Source: a virus (lineage: Duplodnaviria > Heunggongvirae > Uroviricota > Caudoviricetes). Taken from it: 46,617 nt of DNA. The translations under genes and the position numbers were made by a program. Positions 1 through 8,853 of this stretch are shown here, piece by piece. Below the pieces are notes generated by a model, which made no database searches, was not told the origin of the DNA, and saw only the letters and a list, made by a program, of their open reading frames with translations. The stretch covers positions 83,249 to 129,865 of the IMG/VR virus record IMGVR_UViG_3300021600_000003, one strand, 5' to 3'. The first letter of the stretch is position 1. Every line of letters begins with the position of its first letter.

Positions 1-2
1 AG

Positions 3-608
3 GATTCATACCATAAGACACTTGTTGACTACAATTTCAATCACATACCAATTACTGAGGACCGTTTGATTGAAGGAGGGATAGGTAAGTTTGATAGTTG
101 TGCTGCTGATTTATTGGAAACTGTAGATGATGTTTATATTCTTAAACAGGTAATATTAAGTAACTATAAGGATGTGTTCCCAAGTGAGGTTAATTCATAT
201 TGGTTGGAGGCTTATAAAGAGCTGATTGATGAAGGACATACATTCACAACCAAGACAATGAAAGATATACTTGGTATGGTGACTAGTGGACATGTTATTG
301 ATGCTTCACACTTCAAGGCACTGATAAATGCCGGATATGTATCTAATCCTCTTGAGGCTATATTCCAACACTTGGATTTTATATTCACTAGAGTTGCTGG
401 TCCATGTGAACAGGTACAACAAGTATTATCACGATTTGGTGATTTCAAGGTATATTTTGGTAAGATGGATTGCTATAAGGATATTAAGATAAAAGGTAAT
501 GAGATGTATATCAAGGATACATATGTAACCAAAACTCCTGCATATACAGCTACTAAATGTCTTATGGAGCATCCTGATGGAGTAAATCTAATTAGTTCAT
601 TATTATAA
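3..608 (+). CDS. Hypothetical protein, 5'-truncated at the window edge
   Basis: The frame of ORF 66..608 stays open back to position 3, so the true start is upstream of the window. Confidence 0.75.
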   Translation, partial: DSYHKTLVDYNFNHIPITEDRLIEGGIGKFDSCAADLLETVDDVYILKQVILSNYKDVFPSEVNSYWLEAYKELIDEGHTFTTKTMKDILGMVTSGHVIDASHFKALINAGYVSNPLEAIFQHLDFIFTRVAGPCEQVQQVLSRFGDFKVYFGKMDCYKDIKIKGNEMYIKDTYVTKTPAYTATKCLMEHPDGVNLISSLL

Positions 609-716
609 TCACAACTGAGGTAGTGGTAGGAAACCTCATTAAATAAATCGTAAAAGCTTGTCAGGGAAGAAGTTGAACAAACCTGAATAAAAAAGAGAGT
701 AAACACACATAAATCA

Positions 717-1361
717 TTGTATATGAAAGATTTAATGGAATTTGAAGACGTTAAGACAGCATTGTCTACCGTTGTATCCGAGTCAGATGTCAATAATGGC
801 ACTAACGGAATTGAGTTTTTAGCCTATTCTTACAGTAGAGATACTGTATATGACAAGAAGAAGGCAGAAAATCAGGTAAAGATGGCTAAAGCTATCCTAA
901 CTGGTGATCTAGAAGCTGCATCTGAGGTTCAGAAGCTAATGGATAATCCTGAACCAACCAAAGTGATCACTATTTGGAAGTTAATTGAACCACTCAAGAG
1001 GATAAGTGGTACAAAAATACTTCATGATGGTGATAAGACTTACCAATTGTCCATGGAAAATGTGGCATTAATACATATTCCTGAAGATTCTATCAGATTA
1101 GGTCTGATTGAAGCTGAAGAGACAGAAGAAGAAGCAGAAAATATCTATGGTAATAAGGTAAAGGTGTTAAGAATGCGTATTGTGAAGGGATTAATTGATG
1201 TAGCTGCACCTATTGTGGATAGAAATGAGAAGGAAATAATGCCAAAACGTGCATTTGTCACTCCAATTAGTTATCGTGCCATGCAAATTGCTGGTGAATT
1301 GATGTCTAGGGAGAGATTTGCAAAGAAACGTAGGTATGGATTTGATGAAATTGGTGGATAA
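717..1361 (+). CDS. Hypothetical phage protein (214 aa)
   Basis: Long ORF with AT-rich leader; no motif recognised. Confidence 0.75.
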   Translation: MYMKDLMEFEDVKTALSTVVSESDVNNGTNGIEFLAYSYSRDTVYDKKKAENQVKMAKAILTGDLEAASEVQKLMDNPEPTKVITIWKLIEPLKRISGTKILHDGDKTYQLSMENVALIHIPEDSIRLGLIEAEETEEEAENIYGNKVKVLRMRIVKGLIDVAAPIVDRNEKEIMPKRAFVTPISYRAMQIAGELMSRERFAKKRRYGFDEIGG

Positions 1362-1540
1362 TCTACCTAAAGTAGTTATTCAAGTAAGGAGGATAACTAA
1401 TTAATACTCAATACAGTAGGTGATATGATAGTTATATATCATATTGCCTTCTGTGGTTGAGTCTAAAAATTTTATATCACCAAGCAGGGCGAGAGGTAAG
1501 TGATTGTTATTTATATTTTTAAAAATTAAATGATTTTATC

Positions 1541-2080
1541 ATGTTAAACAAAGAAGACTTACTCAAGTTCACAAAGAATGTGGAGCTTGCAGTTACACTC
1601 GTGGAAGACGACTCATCTGATCGTACCGAAGTAAAGGTATTACATTTGGCAAATCCTGTTTCAGCAACTGGTTCTATTCCTACCTCTGAAGGATTGGAAA
1701 TGAAAGCTACATCTAATAAGGTGTATGTTGCTGCTGACGACATTGCTGAATTCCTCAAGGATGCTGAATCCAAAGATGGAGCAATCGTTTACAAAGGACA
1801 GATGCATTTGGATGTGTCAAAGCCTGCTGGTCGTCGTGATGCTAACGGTGATTATGTTATTACCAAGCCTGCTAAAATCTGGTTAACCAAAACCAAATTC
1901 AGCAGAAGTGGCGGTGCATTACGTACCGAATCACAAACCAGCCTGAATAACCTCATCAACAAAATGTTCAGTGGAAAAGGTCTCGATCTTACCTCTGAAG
2001 AGACAGCAAAGAAAGCTGATGAGCCTGTAAAGGTAACTGCAACAAGCAATAAGCCTGAAGCAGTTAAGGTAGGTGGATAA
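1541..2080 (+). CDS. Hypothetical phage protein (179 aa)
   Basis: Long ORF followed by an intrinsic terminator. Confidence 0.8.
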   Translation: MLNKEDLLKFTKNVELAVTLVEDDSSDRTEVKVLHLANPVSATGSIPTSEGLEMKATSNKVYVAADDIAEFLKDAESKDGAIVYKGQMHLDVSKPAGRRDANGDYVITKPAKIWLTKTKFSRSGGALRTESQTSLNNLINKMFSGKGLDLTSEETAKKADEPVKVTATSNKPEAVKVGG

Positions 2081-2102
2081 TCGAAATTCCTCCTTAATAA
2101 AT

Positions 2103-2137
2103 AAAGACAGTTATGGTAATCATAGCTGTCTTTTTTT
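2103..2137 (+). terminator. Intrinsic terminator
   Basis: AAAGACAGTTATG-GTAA-TCATAGCTGTCTTT hairpin followed by a T-run. Confidence 0.8.
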
Positions 2138-2437
2138 ATTTCTCCACCTTAGACAGCCGAATATGGCTTAGAACGCTTCGGTTTTGGGTGAGAATAGAGA
2201 GAATTTAGTTAATATTTCACTTCACCACATTTCTCTAACTGCTTGAAAATCAGTAGGTAGAAAATTTAGGTTTGGTGGAGTATATAACTATCTTACCAAC
2301 TAATGTACCTTATAGGGTTATTTAATTAATTAGATTGTTATCTTAAGTAACACCTTTGGTTTATTCTTTTTGGTGTTACAGCATTACTATACCACATAAA
2401 TAGGTAGAGACTTACTCTCTCTACTTATTTCTTTCTT

Positions 2438-2535
2438 CTTGGGTACAAAATTCACTGGACATAGTAGGTAAAGCTTATTTGAATACTCCTACATACTTAG
2501 TTGGCAGTATAAGTGACTGTAAACAGTGTACCAAG
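2438..2535 (+). ncRNA. Structured RNA motif A, copy 1 (unassigned family)
   Basis: Shares AAAATTnACTGGACATAGTAGG...CCTACATACTTAGTTGGnnGTATAAGTGACnnTAAACAG with 6462-6551; compensatory stem changes between copies. Confidence 0.7.
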
Positions 2536-2761
2536 ATGTGAATGGGGGCAAGTTTGTGCTGGGATAGGCCATCCTAGTGAAATCGGCAGGCCGTTCGGTT
2601 GCTGATCTTTCTTCTTGTCTCGGCTTTGCGTAGTTACTGAAAGAGAGCATTGTGTAAATATAGCACAGGCTATGCAGATGGAATAATTCTGTATAGGGCT
2701 CACAGATAATATGCTTAGCCATTTTTTAGGTTTGTTTTCATCACAATATAAATGTATAAAC

Positions 2762-2995
2762 ATGGCAAAGATTATAAAACAATCAGATGACGTATTTAAT
2801 GGTAACCATCCGAATAACATTAATGAAGGGTATCAAACAACATCCTTTGGATGGGAGAAACCTGAACTGCCTGTTATTGGACAAGGATACAATTTTGGTA
2901 TACTTCGTACATCAACAGTTACAGAGATAATATCTCAAGATGATGAAGGATATATCTTTAAGACAGTAAATTCTACATATAAAGTAACCTATTAA
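2762..2995 (+). CDS. Small hypothetical phage protein (likely start MAKIIK)
   Basis: Part of ORF 2711..2995; the ATG at 2762 follows an AT-rich leader. Confidence 0.7.
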   Translation: MAKIIKQSDDVFNGNHPNNINEGYQTTSFGWEKPELPVIGQGYNFGILRTSTVTEIISQDDEGYIFKTVNSTYKVTY

Positions 2996-3012
2996 CCATT
3001 AAACTAATTACT

Positions 3013-3171
3013 ATGATTTATGGATATTGCACACGTGTGGGTAGAAAATTAAGAGTAGGTGATATTATTGTTACCAAAACTAATACTGTTCATTATTTTT
3101 GGACATTTCAGCAAAATGTTCAGAAATTTCCTTCTCTATCATACCTATTTAGGGTAAAATCTTTGAAATAA
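3013..3171 (+). CDS. Small hypothetical protein (52 aa, MIYGYCTRVGRKLRVGD...)
   Basis: Manually translated; fills the gap between neighbouring genes. Confidence 0.5.
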   Translation: MIYGYCTRVGRKLRVGDIIVTKTNTVHYFWTFQQNVQKFPSLSYLFRVKSLK

Positions 3172-3195
3172 TTATTCATTTTTAAAACATTAGCC

Positions 3196-3486
3196 ATGAA
3201 AGTAGGATCAATTGTTGTATGTCTCTATGTAGATGCATCAGAGGATAAGGATAAAGATATTAAATGGTTACCAGTAATGGATGAGAAAACACCATATATG
3301 ATTCGTTCTATTAAGAATAATTGTGCAAGTGGTAGTATTGGAGTATTATTTGAGGAAGGAGTTATTGGTCTTTTACCATCTGGAAGTGAATTACAGTTTC
3401 CCATTGAAAAAGTTAGAGAAATACTTCCTCCAGAGAATATTAGTGAGCAAATTGAGGAATTTATGAAACAACCCGTAACATCATGA
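3196..3486 (+). CDS. Hypothetical protein, paralog of 19302..19595
   Basis: Shared MKVGSIVV, IKW.PV.DEKTPYMIR, FEEG.IG.LP and LPPE.I.EQ.E blocks. Confidence 0.85.
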   Translation: MKVGSIVVCLYVDASEDKDKDIKWLPVMDEKTPYMIRSIKNNCASGSIGVLFEEGVIGLLPSGSELQFPIEKVREILPPENISEQIEEFMKQPVTS

Positions 3487-3821
3487 AAAATATGATATTG
3501 GGTTTCTATCATGTAATAACAAATAAGCGTACTAAGTACAACGCTTCTTCATATCCATTTTTCTCTAACTCTATATTAAATAATACTGACTTAATTATTG
3601 TAGATAATATATGTAAAGGTAAGCCTAATACTGTATTAGAAACTGTTAGGTTAGCCTTAGAAAAATGTGATAAATGTTATTTTATATTGGATGATGTAAA
3701 ATTTCCATTGGATTTCTCACAATCATATACATGTAAAGAATTACATTGTGTTCTCTCAAATCCTCAGTTTTTTGAAAAGACAGTCTTCATTCTTAATAAT
3801 GAAGTATTAAATACTTGGTAA
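3483..3821 (+). CDS. Hypothetical protein
   Basis: ATGA overlap with the upstream stop. Confidence 0.65.
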   Translation: MKNMILGFYHVITNKRTKYNASSYPFFSNSILNNTDLIIVDNICKGKPNTVLETVRLALEKCDKCYFILDDVKFPLDFSQSYTCKELHCVLSNPQFFEKTVFILNNEVLNTW

Positions 3822-3876
3822 CCCCTCCGGTTTATATGAAAGAGTCATAGCTTTCGTGTGATAGGGGTTACCATCT

Positions 3877-4102
3877 CTAAGGTTAAACATACCAATGAGG
3901 TATATCCTCTCGAGAATGTTTTCAATTAAACCTTAACAAGCCTGTGGGGCTAGTATATCATTCATTATCTATAACTATGTAGGAATACGTAGGAGCTTTT
4001 GCAAGCTTTAAGATATGTAATTAACGTAAATATCCTTATCTACGTGATAAGAATAAAAATGCAATACGTAATGATAACTTAGTGCAGACGTAAAAATCAG
4101 GC
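3877..4102 (+). ncRNA. Hatchet-class self-cleaving ribozyme candidate with expanded L1 and P4
   Basis: P1 TAAGGTT/AACCTTA enclosing GAGAAT, then CAAG-CCTG-TGGGGC ... TTAGTGCAGACGTAAAAAT-CAGGC (P2 GCCTG/CAGGC). Matches the hatchet consensus as I recall it (GAGAAU; CAAA; UGUGGGGC; GUGCAGACGUUAAAA). Confidence 0.8.
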
Positions 4103-4505
4103 AGAGTTCCGATTAAGCATGGTAGCTTTAATTGGTTATCCTCTAACGACGTAAGTTGTTAAAATACTACCACCCAGTGCCTACAAAACGATCGCACTGA
4201 ACACTTAGGTTTATCGGATTCCTAATTACAGAGAGTGGCCGCATGACAAGTTTTGACAGACTTTAAGTCTCTAACTTGCTGATGGCAATAAGCTCTCAAG
4301 TCTTTTAAGGAGAATGGTGTTACTCTCATACATGAACCGTGTATGTATTAAAAGATTTACTCATGTGGTGACATATGAGGCACGCAAAGTAGGAATGGTC
4401 ATCCTCAACGTCCTTATTAAACGGAACTTTACCTAAAACAAACAGGTATTGACTGCAATTATGTCTTTCCTTAATGGCTTTACAGAAACCGTTAGCCATT
4501 CTCAA
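4103..4505 (+). ncRNA. Multi-hairpin structured RNA downstream of the hatchet element
   Basis: No convincing ORF; nested stems (GAGTTCCGAT/ATCGGATTC, TAACGAC-GTAA-GTTGTTA, CAGTGC/GCACTG, GAGAATGG/CCATTCTC). Confidence 0.5.
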
Positions 4506-4530
4506 AATCATTAATCATTAAAAAGTAAAA

Positions 4531-4932
4531 ATGAAAAAATTCCTTTTACTGATTGCTATTACTATTGGCATAGCACAGTTATCCCAAGCACAAACAATTT
4601 ACAAGGTATCTCAATCATCAATATCTCATTATAACTATTCCACTCAATCATGGATAGAAGATAATAGATATTATCCTGACAATATGTCACTTATCATGAA
4701 TGGTATGGACATTACAGTTGATGCTAAGAATCCTGTATACCTACGTTTAAAAACTAATAAAGCAACAACCTATCACAATGGTGATCCTGTACTTAATTAC
4801 GAAGGTATGATGGATGGTGTAATAGTATCCGTAAAATTCTATATGGATAGTGAAGGTGCATTTACAGATATGTGCATCTTTAAAAATACACGAGCTGGAG
4901 GATATATCTGTTTGGATTATCGAATAAACTAA
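4531..4932 (+). CDS. Secreted or periplasmic protein with Sec signal peptide
   Basis: MKKFLLLIAITIGIAQLSQA/Q, typical Bacteroidota signal peptide. Confidence 0.8.
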   Translation: MKKFLLLIAITIGIAQLSQAQTIYKVSQSSISHYNYSTQSWIEDNRYYPDNMSLIMNGMDITVDAKNPVYLRLKTNKATTYHNGDPVLNYEGMMDGVIVSVKFYMDSEGAFTDMCIFKNTRAGGYICLDYRIN

Positions 4933-4937
4933 TTTAC

Positions 4938-5036
4938 GTACAGAAAGGACGACAACCTATCTACACCTTATCGAGGGTGCGAAGTAGATGGGATGCAGGA
5001 GAAACGCATTCTGCAATTGTGTTGTCCCTTCTGTAC
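4938..5036 (+). ncRNA. Three-way-junction structured RNA candidate
   Basis: GTACAGAA-A-GGACGAC pairs with GTTGTCC-C-TTCTGTAC and encloses two further arms. Confidence 0.45.
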
Positions 5037-5298
5037 TATTAAGAAAGAATATTATAGCTTAACTATGATCCCCCAAAAAGGGAGTAGTTAGGACAAGTAG
5101 AGTATAAATAGTAGCTTATAGCAGCTTGAGGAATCTCTCTGTAATATTTCTAATTAATTTCCCCCATCTACTAACTAACTGGAGGACTGTCTGGTATATT
5201 TTGATTTAGACAGTTCCTCCTTTATTTTAAAAATATTCTGGGATGGGAACCTCTAGCTCTTAAATGGGCAGGGGTTCTCTCCTATTAAAAATAAATGT

Positions 5299-5475
5299 AT
5301 GAAAAATTTTATAATAAATATATTTAATACTTTCTTAGGAATCATACTTATTATCTTCTCTATTCCACATGCATTATTTGCTGCTATTAAAGCACTTTAT
5401 CGTAGGGATTATAGTTGTTTTGAGAAGCCAATGGGTGATTTACTAGATGTATTAGAGGAAATCATTGAAAACTAA
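5299..5475 (+). CDS. Small membrane protein (58 aa, MKNFIINIFNTFLGIILIIF...)
   Basis: Manually translated; hydrophobic N-terminal half. Confidence 0.55.
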   Translation: MKNFIINIFNTFLGIILIIFSIPHALFAAIKALYRRDYSCFEKPMGDLLDVLEEIIEN

Positions 5476-5502
5476 TTATTCACAATTCTAAAACTAAACA
5501 CC

Positions 5503-6210
5503 ATGGGTGAGTTAAAGAAAAAATGCACGGTAGTAATGCTACCTACTAATAAATTATTAAGAGCAGGTCAACTTGCTATTGATTTAAAACATAATACCTT
5601 AGTTAAATCAAACTTTGGATTAAAAGTTAAAGAGAGTTCTGTTTCTCCACAACATCTATATATCTGCTTTCAAGAGGAGATAAAAGAAGGAGATTGGTTC
5701 TTATCTGATGATAGAAATCATATAAATGATGTTCCAATATATCGTGTAGAACAATGTATTAAAATTGAAAATGAATGGGTATATGGTTCTATTGATAAAA
5801 TGGGACAAGGGTATAATCCTGATTGGTCTAGTAAAATAATAGCTACTACAGATAGTTCATTAACTATTGGTGCTGAAAAAGCTGGTGAAAATGTATGGCA
5901 CAATCCTTTACCAAGTATATCAGAAGCTTTTATCCAGAAGTACACAGAAATGTACAATAAAGGACAACAGATAAAAGAGGTAATGGTTGAATATTATGAG
6001 ACTTGTGGTATGACAGGAGATGTAAAACAATTAGGCATTCTCATTCCAAAACTTCGTAACAACGAAATCATCATCAGCAAATGCAAAGATACTTGGAATA
6101 GAGAAGAAGTTGAGAAACATTTATCTAACTATGGTGCTGATGTAGCTTATGCTGTACAAAATAAAAAATCAATTCCATATTATGTGGAGTGGTTTGAACA
6201 ACATTTTTAA
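5503..6210 (+). CDS. Hypothetical phage protein (VVMLPT / EEIKEGDW / KIIATTD type)
   Basis: 235-aa ORF; the EIKEGD.W motif recurs in 24026..24469. Confidence 0.8.
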   Translation: MGELKKKCTVVMLPTNKLLRAGQLAIDLKHNTLVKSNFGLKVKESSVSPQHLYICFQEEIKEGDWFLSDDRNHINDVPIYRVEQCIKIENEWVYGSIDKMGQGYNPDWSSKIIATTDSSLTIGAEKAGENVWHNPLPSISEAFIQKYTEMYNKGQQIKEVMVEYYETCGMTGDVKQLGILIPKLRNNEIIISKCKDTWNREEVEKHLSNYGADVAYAVQNKKSIPYYVEWFEQHF

Positions 6211-6227
6211 TTGAAAATCAACTAGTT

Positions 6228-6464
6228 ATGAAAAAAATAGCGTTTCAACTTTTAATTAGCTTAGTTTTAAGCTTTTTAATATTACCATTAGCTTGGATAC
6301 CTGAATCAGTTACCATTAAAGCAAAAGGTACCCCAACAGTATTCTATCCATTCTATGAGTATTGGCAAATGGCTGGCATATATCTTATGGCTATATGTAG
6401 TGGTTTTTGGATAGTAGAACAGTCTGGGAAGCTTTATGATAATTGGAAAGAGAGAAATCTTTGA
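6228..6464 (+). CDS. Small two-TM membrane protein
   Basis: Two hydrophobic segments. Confidence 0.7.
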   Translation: MKKIAFQLLISLVLSFLILPLAWIPESVTIKAKGTPTVFYPFYEYWQMAGIYLMAICSGFWIVEQSGKLYDNWKERNL

Positions 6465-6551
6465 TAGGGTGCAAAATTAACTGGACATAGTAGGACAACC
6501 CTACATACTTAGTTGGTGGTATAAGTGACCATAAACAGCTTACCTAATCAT
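6462..6551 (+). ncRNA. Structured RNA motif A, copy 2
   Basis: See 2438-2535; begins at the stop codon of the upstream gene. Confidence 0.7.
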
Positions 6552-7223
6552 TCCCCAATGCATTCTCACGTGGATATAAGCATCAATAGCAGAGATTCCC
6601 AATTTAGGGTGCCATTCTGTGAGATGTAAAACCACCTGATTAAGACTATAGTGGTAAGGCAAAGAGTCCTTATCTGATTTCTTAATCAGCTCCCAAGGGT
6701 GATCAGTTGTAATATAAGGAAGGCTCTGAAATAAACCATTTAATGAGCAAAACAAAGAACTTTGTTGGTAAAAGTTCATCCTACAAGTACACAATAAAAG
6801 TGGAAATATATTACAACTGAGTGCAGAGGGATTTTTAAATGTGCAGAGTAGGGTTAATATAAGAGTTGCAAATCTTATGTTATTACAATCATTGCTGAAA
6901 ACCTACAGTGCCTTGTACTTAAAATAGTTGCAATGAAGCAAGTAAAAGCTAACAATGGAGAGTTTTGTTATAGGGATGCTAATACCTATAATGTTTGTAC
7001 CAAATTTTACAAAAACTTATAATTAGCATTAATGCATCATTTGGATTCAAAAAATACAAAACATGATAAAGTTTATCTTAAAATACTGGATAGAGATTGT
7101 TATGCTTATATGCTTTGCACTTATAATGTGTGCATGCACACCAAGATATATCTCTGTAGAAAATGCTGCAAATGGCAAAGCCAAATGTGGTCAATGGGTA
7201 CGTTAATTCTTAAAAACAAACAT

Positions 7224-7418
7224 ATGAGCAAAAATCATCCCGCACTTCGTACTTGGGACGAAGTAAAAGTAACTCGTGGTAAGCTTCGTGGTAAGCTAAC
7301 AGATGAATTGGTTAGAGAAATCTGGCCTTCTAGTACAATAAAAGTAAATAATACCAATATTGATCCATCACATATTCATCCCACAGGGCTTAAGAAACCC
7401 ATTATTAAAGTTCGTTAA
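7224..7418 (+). CDS. Small basic hypothetical protein (likely start MSKNHP)
   Basis: In-frame ATG within ORF 7032..7418, after an A-rich leader. Confidence 0.55.
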   Translation: MSKNHPALRTWDEVKVTRGKLRGKLTDELVREIWPSSTIKVNNTNIDPSHIHPTGLKKPIIKVR

Positions 7419-7489
7419 GAGTGCTATTTTTCACACTCCTACATAAAGTGTTTATACACAGTTATCTAGGAGTTTTTAAAACAAATACT

Positions 7490-7672
7490 ATGAAGTTATT
7501 TCTTAGTGGATTATTATGTCGTTTAAGTCATCGTATTAAAATGACACAAAAATCTTTATTTATTGATATGGTTACACGCCAAAGAGTGCATCAATATGAA
7601 TGTAAGAAGTGTGGTTCTTTTATGTCTACACATTCTCGAATATCATATCGTGCATACTGGCCAATCAAATAA
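7490..7672 (+). CDS. Small hypothetical protein with CxxC
   Basis: ATG at 7490 within ORF 7421..7672; ECKKCG. Confidence 0.55.
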   Translation: MKLFLSGLLCRLSHRIKMTQKSLFIDMVTRQRVHQYECKKCGSFMSTHSRISYRAYWPIK

Positions 7673-7952
7673 TTGCCTGAATCAAGTATCTACATGCGGA
7701 AACGCCTAACGAAGGTAAGAGGTAGTAATACCTAAAGACGTGCTAGAATTCTGAATGATCAACTGAACAATTTAACTTGACGGTTAGATTTTTACATTAG
7801 GACATGGAGTGTGTAAGACATCCATGAGAAAGGACGACAGCATGATTGATAGCCAAATAGGGCAATAATATTAAGTGTCATGGGTAAGTACATGTATGAA
7901 ACAGTTATCTTACGAGATACTGGAGACATCATTTACTTGCCCATGGTATTTT

Positions 7953-8000
7953 TATGGAAAATATTAGGGATTATTGAGAGTTCGAATCTCTCTTCCATAC
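7953..8000 (+). ncRNA. tRNA-like mini element (acceptor-like stem plus perfect T-arm, no anticodon arm)
   Basis: TATGGAA/TTCCATA 7 bp; GAGAG-TTCGAAT-CTCTC T-arm; 16-nt connector only. Confidence 0.55.
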
Positions 8001-8177
8001 TAAAATTATTTTTATGACTCCCCTTCAACACTTATTTCTTATAATGCGTGACAAAAGCTTAAAGAAAATACATGATCATACTATATTTTGGATAAAAGGT
8101 AGTACCTTTGTGGCTAGACCGCAACATATAAAGTATAATTTTTGTAAAAACTAATTTTTCAACCAAAAACAATTATT

Positions 8178-8828
8178 ATGATTCAGTTATCAATTTTAGG
8201 AATTATTCTCCTACTATTTCTGTGGTACGTATTAAAACCACGACCAAAAGATGAGAATGGATTTAAGATGTGGTTCTTTAGTGAACGAAGTTGGCATGCT
8301 CGTTATTACAAATTAATAGTGGGTAAATTACCTCAAGGTGGTTGTGTTTACTTTTGGGTTATGATAGCATTAATATTGTTATCTCCTTTATTTCTAATAT
8401 TCTGGATATTATTCAAATTATCGGATTTGAATACCAATAGATTAAACAAGAAAAATGCCAAGAGAACTCCAGAGCAAAAAAGGAAAAGAGAAGAAAAACT
8501 AGAAAGGAGAGGTTTATGGATGGAAAAGTTTGGTGAATATCTTGGAAAAACTCTAGTTATCTTAATGCTATTATTTGCTTTAGGAGTAATTATATATGCC
8601 ATTCTTGAAGGTAAAAGAACTAATCTTTGGCATTTTCTTGAAATATGCAGTATAGTACTTTTATTTGTAGGAATAATTATATTATTGCGTTGGTTATGCT
8701 TAAAGATACATTTGGGAAGATATATAATAAAAATATTAAAACCATTAGGATATCCTTTTAAGTATATATGGAGTATTATTGTTGCTATCTATACAAAATC
8801 CTGCCCTAAAATAACATGGAATAAATAA
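8178..8828 (+). CDS. Multi-pass membrane protein
   Basis: About four hydrophobic segments with basic loops. Confidence 0.8.
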   Translation: MIQLSILGIILLLFLWYVLKPRPKDENGFKMWFFSERSWHARYYKLIVGKLPQGGCVYFWVMIALILLSPLFLIFWILFKLSDLNTNRLNKKNAKRTPEQKRKREEKLERRGLWMEKFGEYLGKTLVILMLLFALGVIIYAILEGKRTNLWHFLEICSIVLLFVGIIILLRWLCLKIHLGRYIIKILKPLGYPFKYIWSIIVAIYTKSCPKITWNK

Positions 8829-8853
8829 CATCTCATAATCAAAAACAATTATC

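Noticed and set aside
7275-7300. 12-nt tandem duplication CGTGGTAAGCT(T/A)
   Set aside because: A simple in-frame duplication (RGKL twice) with no further structure.
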